Source of the DNA: Mobula birostris
Taxonomy: Eukaryota
Direction of reading: 5' to 3'
Length of the DNA: 64,000 bases
Assembly (NCBI RefSeq): GCF_030028105.1
Contig: NC_092383.1
Location: 96,867,604 to 96,931,603 of the forward strand
How positions within the stretch are numbered: position 1 is the stretch's first letter; the number at the start of each line of letters is the position of its first letter. The position numbers and the translations under genes are program-made. Positions 49,446 to 63,226 of the stretch are shown here, one piece after another. Below the pieces are notes generated by a model. That model saw only the letters and a program-made list of their open reading frames with translations. It did no database searches and was not told the origin of the DNA.

Positions 49446-50161
49446 CTGTAACAGAGAGGAAAAGAGGTTTCCTGATGAATCCAGTCCTCATGCTCCCAGT
49501 GACACAGGATTGATGAATTCACTCCCTCTCTCCTCAGTCGGAGAAAACTCCCTGTCACCTCAACATGGTCCCTCAGTACCCTACAATCACCATCACGAAA
49601 CTACCCTCCAAACCCCACCTCTCCACTCCGCTCCTCTCCCTTCCAACATCCCTCAGTCCCTCCACCCCATTCCCTCCAATCTCCATCACATCACTGTCCT
49701 GCACCCCTCTTCTCCCCTCCAATACCCCTCAGTCCCCTCATCCCCTAGTCACTATCACATCACTGCCCTCCACCACCCTTCTACACTGTGGTGCCCCCAC
49801 TGGTACACAGAAGAAGAATACAGTTGACAGACATATTTGGAAATGTTTGTGACAGGAATTAAGGAAATGGCAGAGGAATCAAAACTGAAGTTCCCATCTT
49901 CTCAAACAAAGGTACAAAAAATCTCCCAGAAATACAAAGACCCTGTGGCCTTAACCAGCGAGGAGAGAAAATCTGTTCTCTAAAGCTGTTATCCTCTGCC
50001 TCATCCAGTCCTCAGTCACCCCTCACACATCCTCAGTTCCCTGCAACACAGACTCTGTCCACTGCTGTTAATCATTTCCCTCATCCATTCCCTCGATAAC
50101 CCCTCTTTCTCAGTGCCTGTGCCAGTGACTGCAACTCCGCTCATGTCCATCCAGTTCTTTC

Positions 50162-50455
50162 TCACTGACTTCAGGACTGAAGGACGTCCTTTTAGAACTG
50201 AGTTGTGGAGAAATTACTTTAGTCAGAGGGTGGTAAATCTGTGGAATTTGTTGCCACGAGCGGCTGTGAAGGCCAAGGGTGTATTTAAGGGAGAGATAGG
50301 GAGGTTCTTGATTTACCAGGGCATCAAAGGTGTGCGGTGAAAGCAGGGGAGTGGGGATGACTGGAAGAATTGGATCAGCCCATGATTGAATGGCGGAGCA
50401 GGATCGACGGGCTGAATGGCCTACTTCTGCTCCTATATCTTATGGTCTTGTGATT
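50162..50455 (+). mobile_element. CR1 3' fragment
   Basis: FRTELWRNYFSQRVVNLWN motif and CR1 3' UTR. Confidence 0.8.
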
Positions 50456-50481
50456 GTTTTGTGTCTGATATTACCCCCGCT

Positions 50482-50900
50482 TGTCACAACCACAGATTCG
50501 GCAGTACAGTAGATACGGCAATCGCACTTGTGAATTTGCACGTGTTGGGTAATTATTATTTAATTGTGATAGTATTTAACTACATTCTTGTCGTCGTAGA
50601 GCTTGTCGAGACTTGGACAGAGCATAGCAAAGCTTCGCTGCCGTTTTGCATTCGGCCTTCCCTGAGCCATTGGACTTTCAAAATCACTGACTCTGAAGAC
50701 TAACGGTATTCGTTTAACGTTTAGATATTCTTTTCAGCCGCAGTGTCGGCTTCGTTTCCCTTTCGAGAGTTTTAGTTAACGACCCTCTTTGGCCTAGCAC
50801 TTATTGTTTTATTTCCCCTTGTTTGGATGAAAGTCTGAACTATCGACCTGCTTCAGTGTCTCTCACTCCGCACTTGGGCCATATCGGAACCGTGGTGACA
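50482..50900 (+). mobile_element. Solo LTR, 419 bp
   Basis: TGTCA...TGACA termini; flanks ccgct / ctgct are a 5-bp TSD with one CpG transition; absent from the gene A intron. Confidence 0.75.
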
Positions 50901-51976
50901 CTGCTTCCTGACACTGTCACCAGGAACCCCTCTTCCCCATCACCGTGTATCACTGAATGTACCCACTGATACTGACTGAGTTCCTCACGTTTTCCCTTCA
51001 TCCCTCCTCTCCACAAACTCCCGGAGTCACTAAATGTATGTCCAGTGATGTCATTCAATCTCCCTTACCTAGTTCCTCAGAAACCCCTCTTCCTCAGTCT
51101 CCAGTGCCACTGACTGTTTCTCCACTGATGTTAATCCTGTTCCCTCACACTATCCCTCTGCAGCCCCTCTTCCCTCGTGTCTTTGTCCCTGTCTGTATCT
51201 CTGATGATGTTGATCCGGCTCCCTGACACTGTCCATTACTGCTCTGTGAGATTTGCCCCGTTCCCCGCAGAACTGAGGCTGAGTCAGTGTCCTGATCCGG
51301 CTGCTCCGGGCTTCGTGTCTGCAAACGTCGCAACGATTTTCCCCATTGTGTGATGAACTGAGGCTGAGTTAATGTCCTGATTCAGCTGCTCCAGGCTTCG
51401 TGTCTATGGACTCACTGGTTAATCTAACTCTCACATTCTCCCTCTGAAATCACTCACAGCAAGGGTCCTGTATCATAGACCAGATCTCCACAAATATTAG
51501 TCCAATTCTGTCAAAAAGAAAACTCTCAGTAAACCTCCTTCCCCAGCACATGTGCCACGGATTGTATTTCCTCTGATTTTAATCCAGCTCCCTCACAATG
51601 GCCCTCAGTAACCCCTCTCCTCAAACTCAGCCTCCACCTCCCTGACCACTCAGTGCCTCAGCTATCCGAAATAATCCTTCCCTCCAATCGAATCACTCCC
51701 TCCCTCCAGCAACAGTGCACAGTTGATTCAGTGTGGACCTTCTGCAAAATGTACTGCAGTTCCTCACCCAGTCTGTGCTGACAAATATGAGCAGAGGCCT
51801 GAGTATAAAATACAAAAAATGAAGGTTGCCGATAAAGTAAATGGTTCTCAACAGTACCCTCTCAAACAGTGTCAGAGTGCTGAATAGATACAAACTGAAG
51901 CTCCTCTGTGCTGCCCCATCTCACACTCCTGGGACGGGGAGATAACTAAATCCCAACTTCATCCTCCGACACTCAC

Positions 51977-52261
51977 GATGTGTGTCCAGATTACAGACGT
52001 CCCCCAGCCGGACCTGTGCGGTGTCCTCACTGATGGGGTTGCTGGCCTCACACCTGTACACAACATCCTCCATCTCTGCTGTGCAATCACCCTGCATCGT
52101 CTTTCCGTCTTTCCAGAAGTGATGACTGCTGATGCCTCCTGTAACTTCTCCTCTCCACCAACTGAATCTGGTGGGGTTGCCAGAGGTCACGGAGCAGGTC
52201 ATGGTGAGGTTACAAGTCCTGGTGATGTTCTGAACTGTGATGTTTGCTCCTGACACGGGCT
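51977..52261 (-). CDS. Gene B IgC2 exon
   Basis: 285 nt, phase 1-1, open; one extra codon relative to gene A; Cys residues conserved. Confidence 0.92.
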
Positions 52262-54825
52262 CTGAGGGTGTGAGGGAGTGATGAAAGATGAATAAAGGAG
52301 ATCCTTGTGGACACCTCGATCCCCAACTCCCCCATCCCATCCCCAACACTCCAGAGTGAACTTCAAGCCAATCCCACCTCAATTTTACCCAACGGTTTAA
52401 CCCTTCCCTCACCAGTCACTTGCTGCTGGAGGAAGTTCCCATGTGCTGTGCCCTGCTTCCCAAACACAACCCACACTAATCTACAAATTCTCCATCATGT
52501 CCTGTTTATTGCACTCTATTCCAGGAATTCTCTCCATTTCCATGTTGTTAGTTACTCCTCTGTGTGGTCCCAGCATTCCTTCAAAACCTTAGTGAGCCCC
52601 AGCCCTGACCTGCCCTAATCTGATCCAAACAAGACACAGCCCACTCTATTCTGTCAGTCTCTCAATCTCCACTCTGCCTGCCCAGATTACGATGATGTCT
52701 TGAGATTCTGAAACCTGAGCCACTTCTTACGTCTCTGTTCTCACACCCTCTCCCACCGAAAGCAAGAATAAGATTCCTCTGGCCCTTTCCTTCTACCCCA
52801 CTGGTCTCCACCTTCAGTGCATCAACATCTATGCTTCCTGGCCCTTTCAATGAGACTCCATTGAATCATAGAGCATTGCAGTGCCAAAACAAACTCTTCA
52901 GTCCATCTAGTCCATTCCTAGTCCCATTGATACACAACTGGTCATCACCTTCCACATCCCTCCCAATACTTATCCAAATTTCTGTTGGACATTGAAATCA
53001 AACCTAGTTCCAACACTTCCACCTGCACCTTGTTCCACCATCTGAGTGAAGAAATTCCCCCATCTTCCCCTGTAACTCTGGTCCTCAAGTCCTGATACTC
53101 TGCACTCTTTCAATCTTATTGATAACTTTCCTGTACGTAGGTGACCAGAATTGCACAAATACTTCAAATTAGGCCTCTCCAAGGTCTTGTACAATTTCAA
53201 CATAACATCCCAACTCCTATACTCAATACGTTGATTTATGAAGCTTTTTTATGATGACCCTATCTACCTGTGACACCACTTTCAAGATATTATGGTTTTC
53301 CATTCCCAGATCTCTCTATTCTACTACACTCTTCAGTGCCTGACTGCTCATCATTTAAGTCCCACCCTGGTTTAGTTCCCAAAGGTCAAGAGCTTGTACT
53401 CGTCTGCATTAAATTTCATTTGTCAATTGTGACTCAGAAGTTCTAGTTGCTGTCACTTTGATTCTCCATCCTGCTCCCACTCTGACACACTGATTCTGAT
53501 TTCTGACATTGCTCCAGTGGAGGTCATTGAATGGACGAGGGCCCGTCTCCAGCTTCATCTGATGCAGTACGTGAGGCTCTCTCTCCTTTTATAGAGCTGA
53601 TGTTCAGAACAGTTTCATTGGCTGAAGGGTTTCTTTGACTACTGTCTGATTCTGTTAGTACCTCCAGTTGAACTGTCTTTTTGTGTCTTTCCCACTAGCC
53701 GTCAGTCTGTGGTTTTGTATTGCCATGTGCTCTTGTTTGTTTTCATGCCCCATGTGTTCCTGTCCCCGCTCCTGCTCTACTCCAGCCCCTGTATTACTGA
53801 GTACTCCGTCTCTCACCTGTTTCTCATTATTACCTGTATTGCTGCCCCCTGTGTCTCATTGTGCTCCACCTATCATCTGCCTCTCTGTTTATTGCTCAGT
53901 GTATTTCAATCCTGTGTTTTCACCTGTTCGTTGCTGGATTGTGCCAATGATGGCATCATATTGAGACAATCTTGGAAGAAACAGCCTCCCAATTCAATAT
54001 TACACCATACTTTGACATGCTAAAGGTCAAAGGTAAATGCAGGATAATTGTACCGTTACAATGTACCAACAATGCTTCCTTGGCCGTACATAGATTTTTC
54101 ACCTACCTTGTCGTTCACACCCACACTCCAGACACACAGAATGAATGTTCATCAGAATTGTCAGGTTTGCAATCAACTCCAGTCCACAGCTACAGGAAAA
54201 CTACTGTTCAGAGCTGCATTTTAAATTCAATCTACAATCCACCTTCATGTCTGAAGATGGGTTGTGGTGAGATTAATATTTTTATATTACTTAACTGCAC
54301 AATGTGCCCTAACAGAGGAGTAATTCAGTGTATTGAACACACAGGATCTCACTCAGCACAGCACAGCATGAAGGCTGAGGAATAAACACCTTGCTGAGCT
54401 CAGACCTCAGATTGGGAAATTAACACTCAGTGTCCCGGGAAACAGACTGGATAACTGGGATCCCTGAGCATGACAGACCAGACATTTGACTGGAGATACA
54501 GTGTGTAACTGTGACCCACAAATACAGACTGTTCAGGCCAATCACACCAGGTCCATTCTCCCTGTGTGCTGAGCTCCCTCCATCTCAGATACATGAAATT
54601 CCCCAATGTTGGTTCGATCCCTTCCGGCTCCTGTCTCAGTCTCTGTGGATGTGGCGTGTGTCACTGACTCAGTCTCACTACACTGGGACCGTGAGCCCAG
54701 CTCTGGACACAGGTAGTCAGTGGGGTTCAGTAAACAGGAAAACACACAGAATCTGCCCTCACCCATCCATTAGGGGTGTTTCGGGAACTGGTGAAACCTG
54801 GGCCCCTCCGCAGTGTCTCACTCAC

Positions 54826-55146
54826 CGTACACCTCCAGTCGCACTGTTGTTTTACTTTCAGCTCCTGAACTTGCAGCTGTAAACATCACCTGATAATCAC
54901 CAGAGTCCTCTCTCCGTAGATCATGGATTTCCAGACTGACGTTCCCAGGATGAAAGGTTACCCTGTTCTTGTACTGCTCATTACTGTAGTAGCTGATGTT
55001 CCCATTCGAGTACTTCACAATCCTGATTCTGGGCGATACCCAAATCCAATGAACCTCATCGTCCGGTCTGACTGGGATCCCAGAAGGTAAGGAGACTGAG
55101 TGTCCCTGAGCTCCGGTCACCGTGGTAGGGGGAGCCTCAATCCCAG
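54826..55146 (-). CDS. SLAM/CD2-like receptor gene B, IgV exon
   Basis: 321 nt paralog of 12330-12650 with the same splice sites and an open frame; 27 nt differences by hand count. Confidence 0.92.
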
Positions 55147-55421
55147 CTGAGGAGACAAGACAAGACAGTCCGTAGGTGAGGTCAGTGATAGGAAGAGGAA
55201 TCAGACCTGAGAAAATCAAAGACACAGGAGGAAGCCAAGCGGCCCATCATGTTGTTCCCAGCCCCATGAGACAGACAGCACAAAGTCAGTGTTGTTTCAT
55301 GCCAAGACACTTCATCAGGACTCCAGACTCTCTGTACCCGGCACTCAGAAATGAAGTTGCAACCTGCAGCCAGATATCAATGGTCAGGTGGGGGGGTGGG
55401 GTGGTCACAGATATTTTCTAG

Positions 55422-58400
55422 TGTCACGAACTCCGTGACAGGAATAAAGAACTAGCAGAGATGGAAAACACTTTGGCGTCCAGTATTGCTATAAACTAAT
55501 AATATTTATTAGTAACTACACAATACAGTAATATAAATGTAAATAGATCAAACAGGTTAGCAATGATTATATATATATATAAAAATAAGTATCAGTAAGT
55601 GTGGAAATATATGTATGAAAAACCAAGCTTCTTTAAGTCTAGGGGTAAAAAGATACAGTCTTACGATGATGAGTAAAGTTCAGTTCAGTTCAGTTCGTGG
55701 TATTCAGTTGAGTAGTGATGGAGAGAGAGAGAGGGAGAGATTTGAATCTTCAGATGAGCTGATGCCGTCGATCTTCTCGTTGTCCTTCGAAATCCTTTCA
55801 AAGTCACCGACTGTGACCTTAACAAAGGGGACTGGTTTTCTGTGGTGGAGCTATGCCCCAGGCCAGGGTGGACACATGGACAACTCCCCACCAGTCAACC
55901 CCTTTCCTCTTTTCACATGCAGAGCGATGGATCGATCCGCCTGATCGATCCTCCAACACCCACTTTTTCTGCAGGCACAAAAATGCTCATTCAGTGTCCA
56001 AACATGTGTCTGAGGTCTGTATCATCTGACCTCCTATTTATCTTCTCGTGCTGAGCATCAATTGTCACTCAAATAATCCCTCCTTCCTCTCTCTGTGAAG
56101 AAATGCAAGCAGGCAAAAAGTCCCAGAAGAAGTATCAACAACCTGCCAAAAATCATAACGTCGTGTGTCCATTAAATAACACTGCCTTCGGTCACCATAG
56201 CAAATTACGTGCTGCTTGGTGCTGTCTCCAACTCCAGCAGAAATCCAACAGTTAACCAGTTCTTTCTCGTTCCTTAAAGTGACAGTCCCACAGAGAGTCT
56301 TTGTCTCTCTCTCTCTTTTACAAACAAGCTATCGGTAGTAAATAACTCTCTCTCTCTCTTTTCAAAAGCACAGTTCATAGGGGTACTTCAGGGTCCCCTC
56401 ACACTCCCCTTCCTCAGAGGAAAAACAATTGATGAAGATTTTTTTTTGTCTATGTGTAAATTACAGAGTTTGAAACAATACAGGTAAAATCATCAGATAA
56501 CTGAGCAAAAATGTGTTCGACTTCCAACTTAATATCTGAATAACTAATCAGCTATAATATTGTCAATACCTTTCACATGTTTGATTTTTAAGTCACATTC
56601 CTGCAATATCAGATTCCAATTTAACAATCTTCTATTCTTAGCCTTCATCCTAATTAGAAACATCAACAGATGTGTGGTAAACCATATATACATGTTGTAA
56701 CTGGGTTACCTGTCTGGACACGCTCCTCTGCTGACTGCCCCTGTGGCTCCTCCCACAGACCCCTGAATAAAGGCGATTTCACCATTGCTGCTCCTCCTCA
56801 GTCCAGGGGCAGACACTCAGCATGAAGGTCACGTCTTACTGCGAATAAAAGCCTTTCAGCATTTACCCTACTTCCAGTCTTTTGGAATTATTGAAGGTGC
56901 ATCACCATGTAAACCACAAGTGGTCTCTGGGCAACAGAAAGAGATGGAGGTCTCTGAACATAGACCTCAAAATGTTGTAAAGCCAGAATAAGTGCTAGTA
57001 ATTCCTTTTCAACAGATGAATATTTTCTCTGGTGTACATTAAAGTTCTTTGAGAAATAAGCTACTGGACGTTCAATGTCATTAACTCCTTCCTGTAACAG
57101 TACTGCCCCAGCAGCTTCGTCACTAACGCCTGTTGCTATAGAAAATGGCTTTGAAAAAATCAGGTGCTTTGAGCACAGGATTATAACACAGGATGGTTTC
57201 CAGACATTTAAACGCCTACTGGCAAAGGTCATTCCATACAAATCTTTCACATTTCCCCAGGAGTTTTGTTAGGGAGAGAGCAATGTCAGCAAAGTTCTTA
57301 CAACACTTACAGTAATACCCAACCATTCCTAAAATCCTTCTCAAAGTTTTCCTGTCAGTCAGAACAGGAACCTCAGCAATAGCTTGAACATTGGACTGCA
57401 CAGAAGCCAGCTGGCCTTGGCCCACCACGTAACCCAGATATGTAACTGTGGCGTGGCCAAACTCACTTTTAGCGAGGTTCACAGTAAGATTGGCCTTGGA
57501 AAGTCTGTCAAACAGTTTTTCTACCACTGCAATATGCTCTTCCCAGGTGTCATTCAAGACCACTAAATCATTGATATAAACCCCTGTGCTCTCTTACCCT
57601 CCAATCACAGAATTGATCATTCTTTGAAATGTCCCGGCTGCATTTTTCATCTCGAAGTGTAAGACATTGTACTCATACAGTCTAGACGGTGTCACAAATG
57701 CTGATATCTCTTTAGCCCTCTCTGTTTAAGGAACACCCCATCATTCTTTTAACAAGTCAATCTTAATAGGTATTCAGCCGTCCCCACTCTGTCAATACAA
57801 TCATCCATTCTCTTTCCTTGTTCTTTCTTGTTTCTAATTCCTTTTTCAACCAAGTCAGACACTTCAGACTTTAACTGAGCTTTAACACAAGGTTCAGAAT
57901 CCTGTGAACTCACAGGTACTTCCACAACCTGAACACAGTCAATCGGAACAGCTGCCTCTTCTGGGCTGTCATCACTTGTCCCAGTTTCAAATTCAAGGTC
58001 ACCCCGAGCCTCACAGCTATTCTCTGGCAAACTCTTTTCTGGAGTAAACTCAACCTCGTGGGTTAAACCAACTTCGTCTGCTTTCTTATCAAACCCCTGC
58101 AAGGTAGTGGCATCCTCTGCATCTGGGTATCCTTACCTCATCAGCAACACAACTTTTCAATTCATCACACAAAACAAGCCCTTCCAAGCTGTAAAAATCA
58201 TCAGCGTCTGACACTAAACCTCTTTGCTGCCACCTCTCCTTTTTAAACTGTCTATGTCTTCCTGCCACGTGATCTTCACATTTGCATTTCTCCCTTTTGA
58301 GCTGTCTCTGTCTTCCTGCCTCTTCTCTCTGTCTTGCTGTCTCTCTAGCTTCTTTCTTGAATTGTTTTAATTTCAATTCATGCTCCATTCTTAACTTTTC

Positions 58401-59580
58401 CAACTGAAGCTGAAGCTCATCCTCAGCAGATTCACCTTCCATGAACAACTCTAACGCCTCCTCATCAAACATTCCCTTATCTACATAATGCTGGGCTATT
58501 ATCGTCTGCATCTGAGCTTTCCTCATTATAGTGGTCACCTTTAGTTTTAACTTTTGAGCAATTCCCAACAGCACAACCCTTGTAGCATCATCCAACGCTT
58601 CTGGGGTTGGTTCCAACATAAACTCCACAACACTAACGTCCATTTCTGTTGTATTTCCACACAACCAAATCAAAAGGGATTTTCCCTCAATCAGTTCATA
58701 CCAGCCTCCTGAACAATTTGTTCATATCGCGGATGAAGGCCCCAATTCATGTCACGAACCCCGTGATGGGAATAAAGAACCAAACAGAGATGGAAAACAC
58801 TTTGGAGTCAAGTATTGTTATAAACTAATAATATTTATTAGTAACTACGCCATACAGTAATATAAATGTAAATAGATCAAACAGGTTAGCAATGATTATA
58901 TATATAAGTAAGTATCAGTATGTGTGGAAATATATTTATGAAAAACCAAGCTTCTTTAAGTCTAGGGGTAAAAAGATACAGTCTTACGATGATGAGTAGA
59001 GTTCGGTTCAGTTCAGTTCGTGGTATTGAGTTGAGTAGTGATGGAGAGAGAGAGAGGGAGAGATTTGAATCTTCAGGTGAACTGACGCCGTCAATCTTCT
59101 CGTTGTCCTTCGAAATCCTTTCAAAGTCACTGACTGTGACTTTAACAAAGGGGACCAGTTTTCTGTGGCGGAGCTATCTCCCAGGCCAGGGTGGACACAT
59201 GGACAACTCCCCACCAGTCAACCCCTTTCCTCTTTTCACCGCAAGAGCGATGGATCGATCCGCCTGGTCGATCCTCCAACACCCACTTTTTCTGCAGGCA
59301 CAACAATGCTCATTCAGTGTCCAAACATGTGTCTGAGGTCTGTATCATCTGACCTCCTATTTTATCTTCCCGTGCTGAGCATCAACTGTCACTCAAATAA
59401 CTCCTCCTTCCTCTCTCTGTGAAGAAATGCAAGCAGGCAAAAAGTCCTTGAAGAAGTATCAACAACCTGCCAAAAATTATACCATCGTGTGTCCATTAAG
59501 TAACGCCCCTCGGTCACCATAGCAACTTATGAGCAACTTCAAAAGCACAGTTCATAGGAGTACTTCAGGGTCCCCTCACA
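55422..59580 (-). mobile_element. Internally deleted Gypsy element (LTRs 58750-59580 and 55422-56403), TSD CTAG
   Basis: Paired LTRs; CTAG on both sides; degenerate Pro-type PBS next to 58750; gag N-terminus at 58089-58673; RT and RNase H remnants (PVAYFSK...YSSVEKELLA); PPT at 56404-56415. Confidence 0.9.
56673..56904 (+). mobile_element. Solo LTR nested in the 55422 element, related to the LTRs of the 60718 element
   Basis: TGTGGTAAACC...GGTGCATCA matches the reverse complement of 60718-60946. Confidence 0.8.
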
Positions 59581-60717
59581 CTAGAAAAGTTTGGGGTGAG
59601 ATACTGGGATACCCTCACTGTGTGTGTGCAGGGGTCAGGAGGTCAACTGATCGGACTCAGGGTGACGAACACTCAGCTGGAATTGTCCCTGGATCTGGCT
59701 CTCCTAAAGAGGTGGTTCAGCACAACTTGAGCCGTCTCTGGGAAATGTCTCACAGGCTGCACCTCCCGTCCCCAGGGGGTTCCTTGCACCAGCTGCTCCT
59801 GTACACTCTGCACTGTCTGACCTTCACCTGTTGCCTGGACATCCAGTGTCAGGTGGTGAGGGTGGAGTCCCAGTTAGAGTCTGTCTGTGAGGACTCTGCC
59901 ACTCCTCATCAGACCTTGGAGCAAAGAGGGTGAACAGTCCAATGCTACAATTTCTGTTGTCCGAGAGGGTCAGAATTCCCTGTTTAGATGGATAGAGGTG
60001 TCTAGTGAGCTGCTGTCAGCAGCCTGTGCCCCACCAGGGGTGATTGGCTTAAGAAGGGTGTAAGAGAATCTAGCTGGATGTGGTAGTGGAGATGGTGTCT
60101 TGCCTGACCTACCGGACCAGGCTTCCTGTTGAATAGTTCACATCTATACATTGTCGTCAATCTCCTTTTGTCCATGTTCTCCCTGTTCCAACTGCTCCCA
60201 GTCACCCATTGACCAGATAATCCTGTAGCCAGCTTATCCCCATGGCACTCTGTCAGAGACACCCCAACACCCGCTTTCCCTATAGTTTTTTCTTCCTCTC
60301 CACAAACGTCTTAATCTTTGTATTATTACCCAACCCACAAACACATCATAACATGGTTAACGGGATCAGGGAGGAGTGACTCAGAGTCTGGTGTGGCTTT
60401 CAGTTCCTGTGGCACTGGCATTAGTACTGGAGAAGGAGAGCACCGTTCCACTGGGACAGACTGTGATCAGACTTCCACTGAATCCAATCACGAGGGAGGT
60501 AGACTGAATTTAAATTCGATAAAACTGTGTTGGGAGGAGGACCCCAATGCTGGGAAATCTGGAAGGTTGAAGAGGAGCAACAAGGAAGGGGAAAGAGGTC
60601 TCGATAACCAGGAGGAGAACAAACTGAATTTGTCTAAATCTAAACAAACTACTGAAGATCATATGTGTGAGTTCACTCTGCAGGAAAGTGATCATGATGC
60701 TTTTGTCATGGTGTCAG

Positions 60718-62649
60718 TGAAGCACCTTCAATTACTCCAAAAGACTGAGGTTTGGTAAAATACTGAAGGGCTTTTATTCGCTGTACAATACGACCTCCAC
60801 AGTGAGTGTCTGCCCCCGGACTGAGAGGGAGGGGCAAGGCGAACACCTTTATACAGGACTCTGTGGGAGGAGCCACAGGTGCAGTCAGCAGAGGGGTGTG
60901 TCCAGACAGGTAACCGAGTTACAACATATATACATGGTTTACCACATTCACCCCTCCTTTTTTTTAAAAAGAGTCCCGCGAGGTGAAGTGACTGACAATA
61001 TTTACAAGAAGTATATTTACAGTTCAAGTCTATCAGGTGGTCGAGTCCGTTGCTGTGATCTACGTAGCACCGGCGATGGCAGTTGTGCTGGCTCTGGCCT
61101 GACTTCAGGTGCCAGCACATTAGGCGTCGGTAATCCCTCGTGCGTGTGCGTCGCGTCCAGTATGGGAGTGCCGTGTGGTGTCTGTATAGGGCTTGGGGTG
61201 CACGGTGTCTCGTAGGTACATACATTGGTGGGTACGGGGTCAATAGTTACCACAGAGTGTTCAGGGTAGGGGCCCGGAGCTCCTGCGGGCGCCAGGTCGC
61301 GGATGGAGACCGTGTCCTCCCGCCCATCAGGTAAAACCACGTAGGCATACTGGGGGTTCGCATGAAGTAAGTGAACCCTCTCGACTATCGGGGAGTACTT
61401 ATTGCTCCTCGCATGTTTCCGGAGCAGCACTGGCCCCGGGGACGTCAGCCAAGATGGTAGGGTGGTTCCAGTGATCAATTTTCACTGGCGTGGTGAGGTG
61501 CCCCGTGAGCACCTGTTGGTTGTAGGCGGTGAGAGGTGGCGCCGACCAAGATGGCCGCCCCCATGTCTCGCACGTGGTGGTGGCGTGCAGGGAAGATGGC
61601 GGCAGGCAAGATGGCGACCCCCACGTCTCGCATACGGCGCTGCTCGATCCCGCTCGCGGTTTTGACTTACAGACCTTGGCGAAGTAGCCCTTCTTTCCGC
61701 AGCTGGAGCAGGTAGCTTGTCGGGCCGGGCAGCGTTTCCGGGGGTGCTTCTCCAGTCCGCAGAAGTAGCACTTCGCGGGCTCACGACTGGCGGCAGCCGA
61801 GGTCGATTTGCCGGCAGTTTGTGGGGTCTGCGGCGCCCACGAGGCCATCGGGGGATTGCGTGCCTGGAGAGCCTTGGAGTTATGCAGAGCGGCCTCCAAT
61901 GTATCAACCAGCTCGATCGCCGAACTTAGGGTAAGATCGGCTTTTTCCAGCAGCTGCTGGCGCACGTACACTGACCTGGTCCCCGTGACGAAGGCGTCTC
62001 TCACTAGGAGTTCTGCATGCTGCGCCGCCATCAGCTCCTGGCAATTGCAGGCCCACACGAGTGTCTGTAGGGCCCGGACAAACTCAGCACTCGATTCCCC
62101 GGGGTGTTGTTGCCGTGTCGCTAAGCGATGCCGAGCATAGACGCTGTTTATCGGCCGTAGGTATTGTCTTTTGAGTGCGTTTATCGCGCCGTCGTAGTTC
62201 AGCTGGTCTCTGATCAGCGAATAGACCCGTGGACTGACCCTGGAGAGTAGAACTCTGCGCTTCGCTACGGGGTCGGTCGCTTTAATCTCCTCTAGATACG
62301 CTTCGAAGCAGGCCAGCCAGAGTTTGAAAGCGTTTCCAGCTTCAGGTGTTTGCGGATTGAGGTCTAATTTTTCTGGTCTCAGGGCCTGCTCCATGTTTTA
62401 AAACGTACAGCGAATAAAATTGAAGCACCTTCAATTACTCCAAAAGACTGAGGTTTGGTAAAATACTGAAAGGCTTTTATTCGCTGTACAATACGACCTC
62501 CACAGTGAGTGCCTGCCCCCGGACTGAGGGGGAGGGGCAAGGCGAACACCTTTATACAGGATTCTGTGGGAGGAGCCACAGGCGCAGTCAGCAGAGGGGT
62601 GTGTCCAGACAGGTAACCGAGTTACAACATATATACATGGTTTACCACA
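60718..62649 (-). mobile_element. 1.9-kb Gag-only LTR element (229-bp LTRs 62421-62649 and 60718-60946), TSD GTCAG
   Basis: LTRs differ at 5 of 229 nt; 331-codon gag ORF; integrase C-terminal remnant; PPT at ~60947-60966; the empty site with a single GTCAG is at ~14847 in gene A. Confidence 0.93.
61399..62394 (-). CDS. Gypsy (Mag-like) Gag with two zinc knuckles
   Basis: ATG-initiated 331 aa ORF; CYFCGLEKHPRKRC and CSSCGKKGYFAKVC (second knuckle His to Tyr). Confidence 0.82.
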   Translation of the reverse strand: MEQALRPEKLDLNPQTPEAGNAFKLWLACFEAYLEEIKATDPVAKRRVLLSRVSPRVYSLIRDQLNYDGAINALKRQYLRPINSVYARHRLATRQQHPGESSAEFVRALQTLVWACNCQELMAAQHAELLVRDAFVTGTRSVYVRQQLLEKADLTLSSAIELVDTLEAALHNSKALQARNPPMASWAPQTPQTAGKSTSAAASREPAKCYFCGLEKHPRKRCPARQATCSSCGKKGYFAKVCKSKPRAGSSSAVCETWGSPSCLPPSSLHATTTCETWGRPSWSAPPLTAYNQQVLTGHLTTPVKIDHWNHPTILADVPGASAAPETCEEQ

Positions 62650-63129
62650 GTCAGAACAACAAAGACCTCAACATAATCAAGACAGAAGAACTCGTTGTTG
62701 ACCCAAGGAAGTGTGTGTGTGTAGACAACCCTGTCCTGATCAAAACAGCTACTGTAGAGATGGTTGACAGATTTGAAGCAGACATCCTTATCAACAGCAT
62801 AGTCTCCTGGTCTCTCCAACTCACACAGTGACCAAGAAAGCACGTCAACCCAAATTGAATAAAAGTGATCAATACAAAGAGAGTTTAACAATCCCCGTGA
62901 CCCCAAATGAGACACTGAACACAAAGTGAAAACCCACTTTGTTCAAAGACAAACAATTAGACATGAAAAGTTCACAATCGAAGGAACACTACATACCCGT
63001 GAGGTGACACTGAGAAAATACAATCCACATACAAACTGATAAAATCCCTTTCTTCTTTAAAAACAACCCATAGCTCTGACACATACGTCTTACTCAAATT
63101 TCCCATTGTGTGGTACATGTTCTTTCTCT

Positions 63130-63181
63130 CTCTCGCACACACACACACTCAGAGACAGAAACACCACAAACTGACACACAG

Positions 63182-63226
<45 letters not shown>

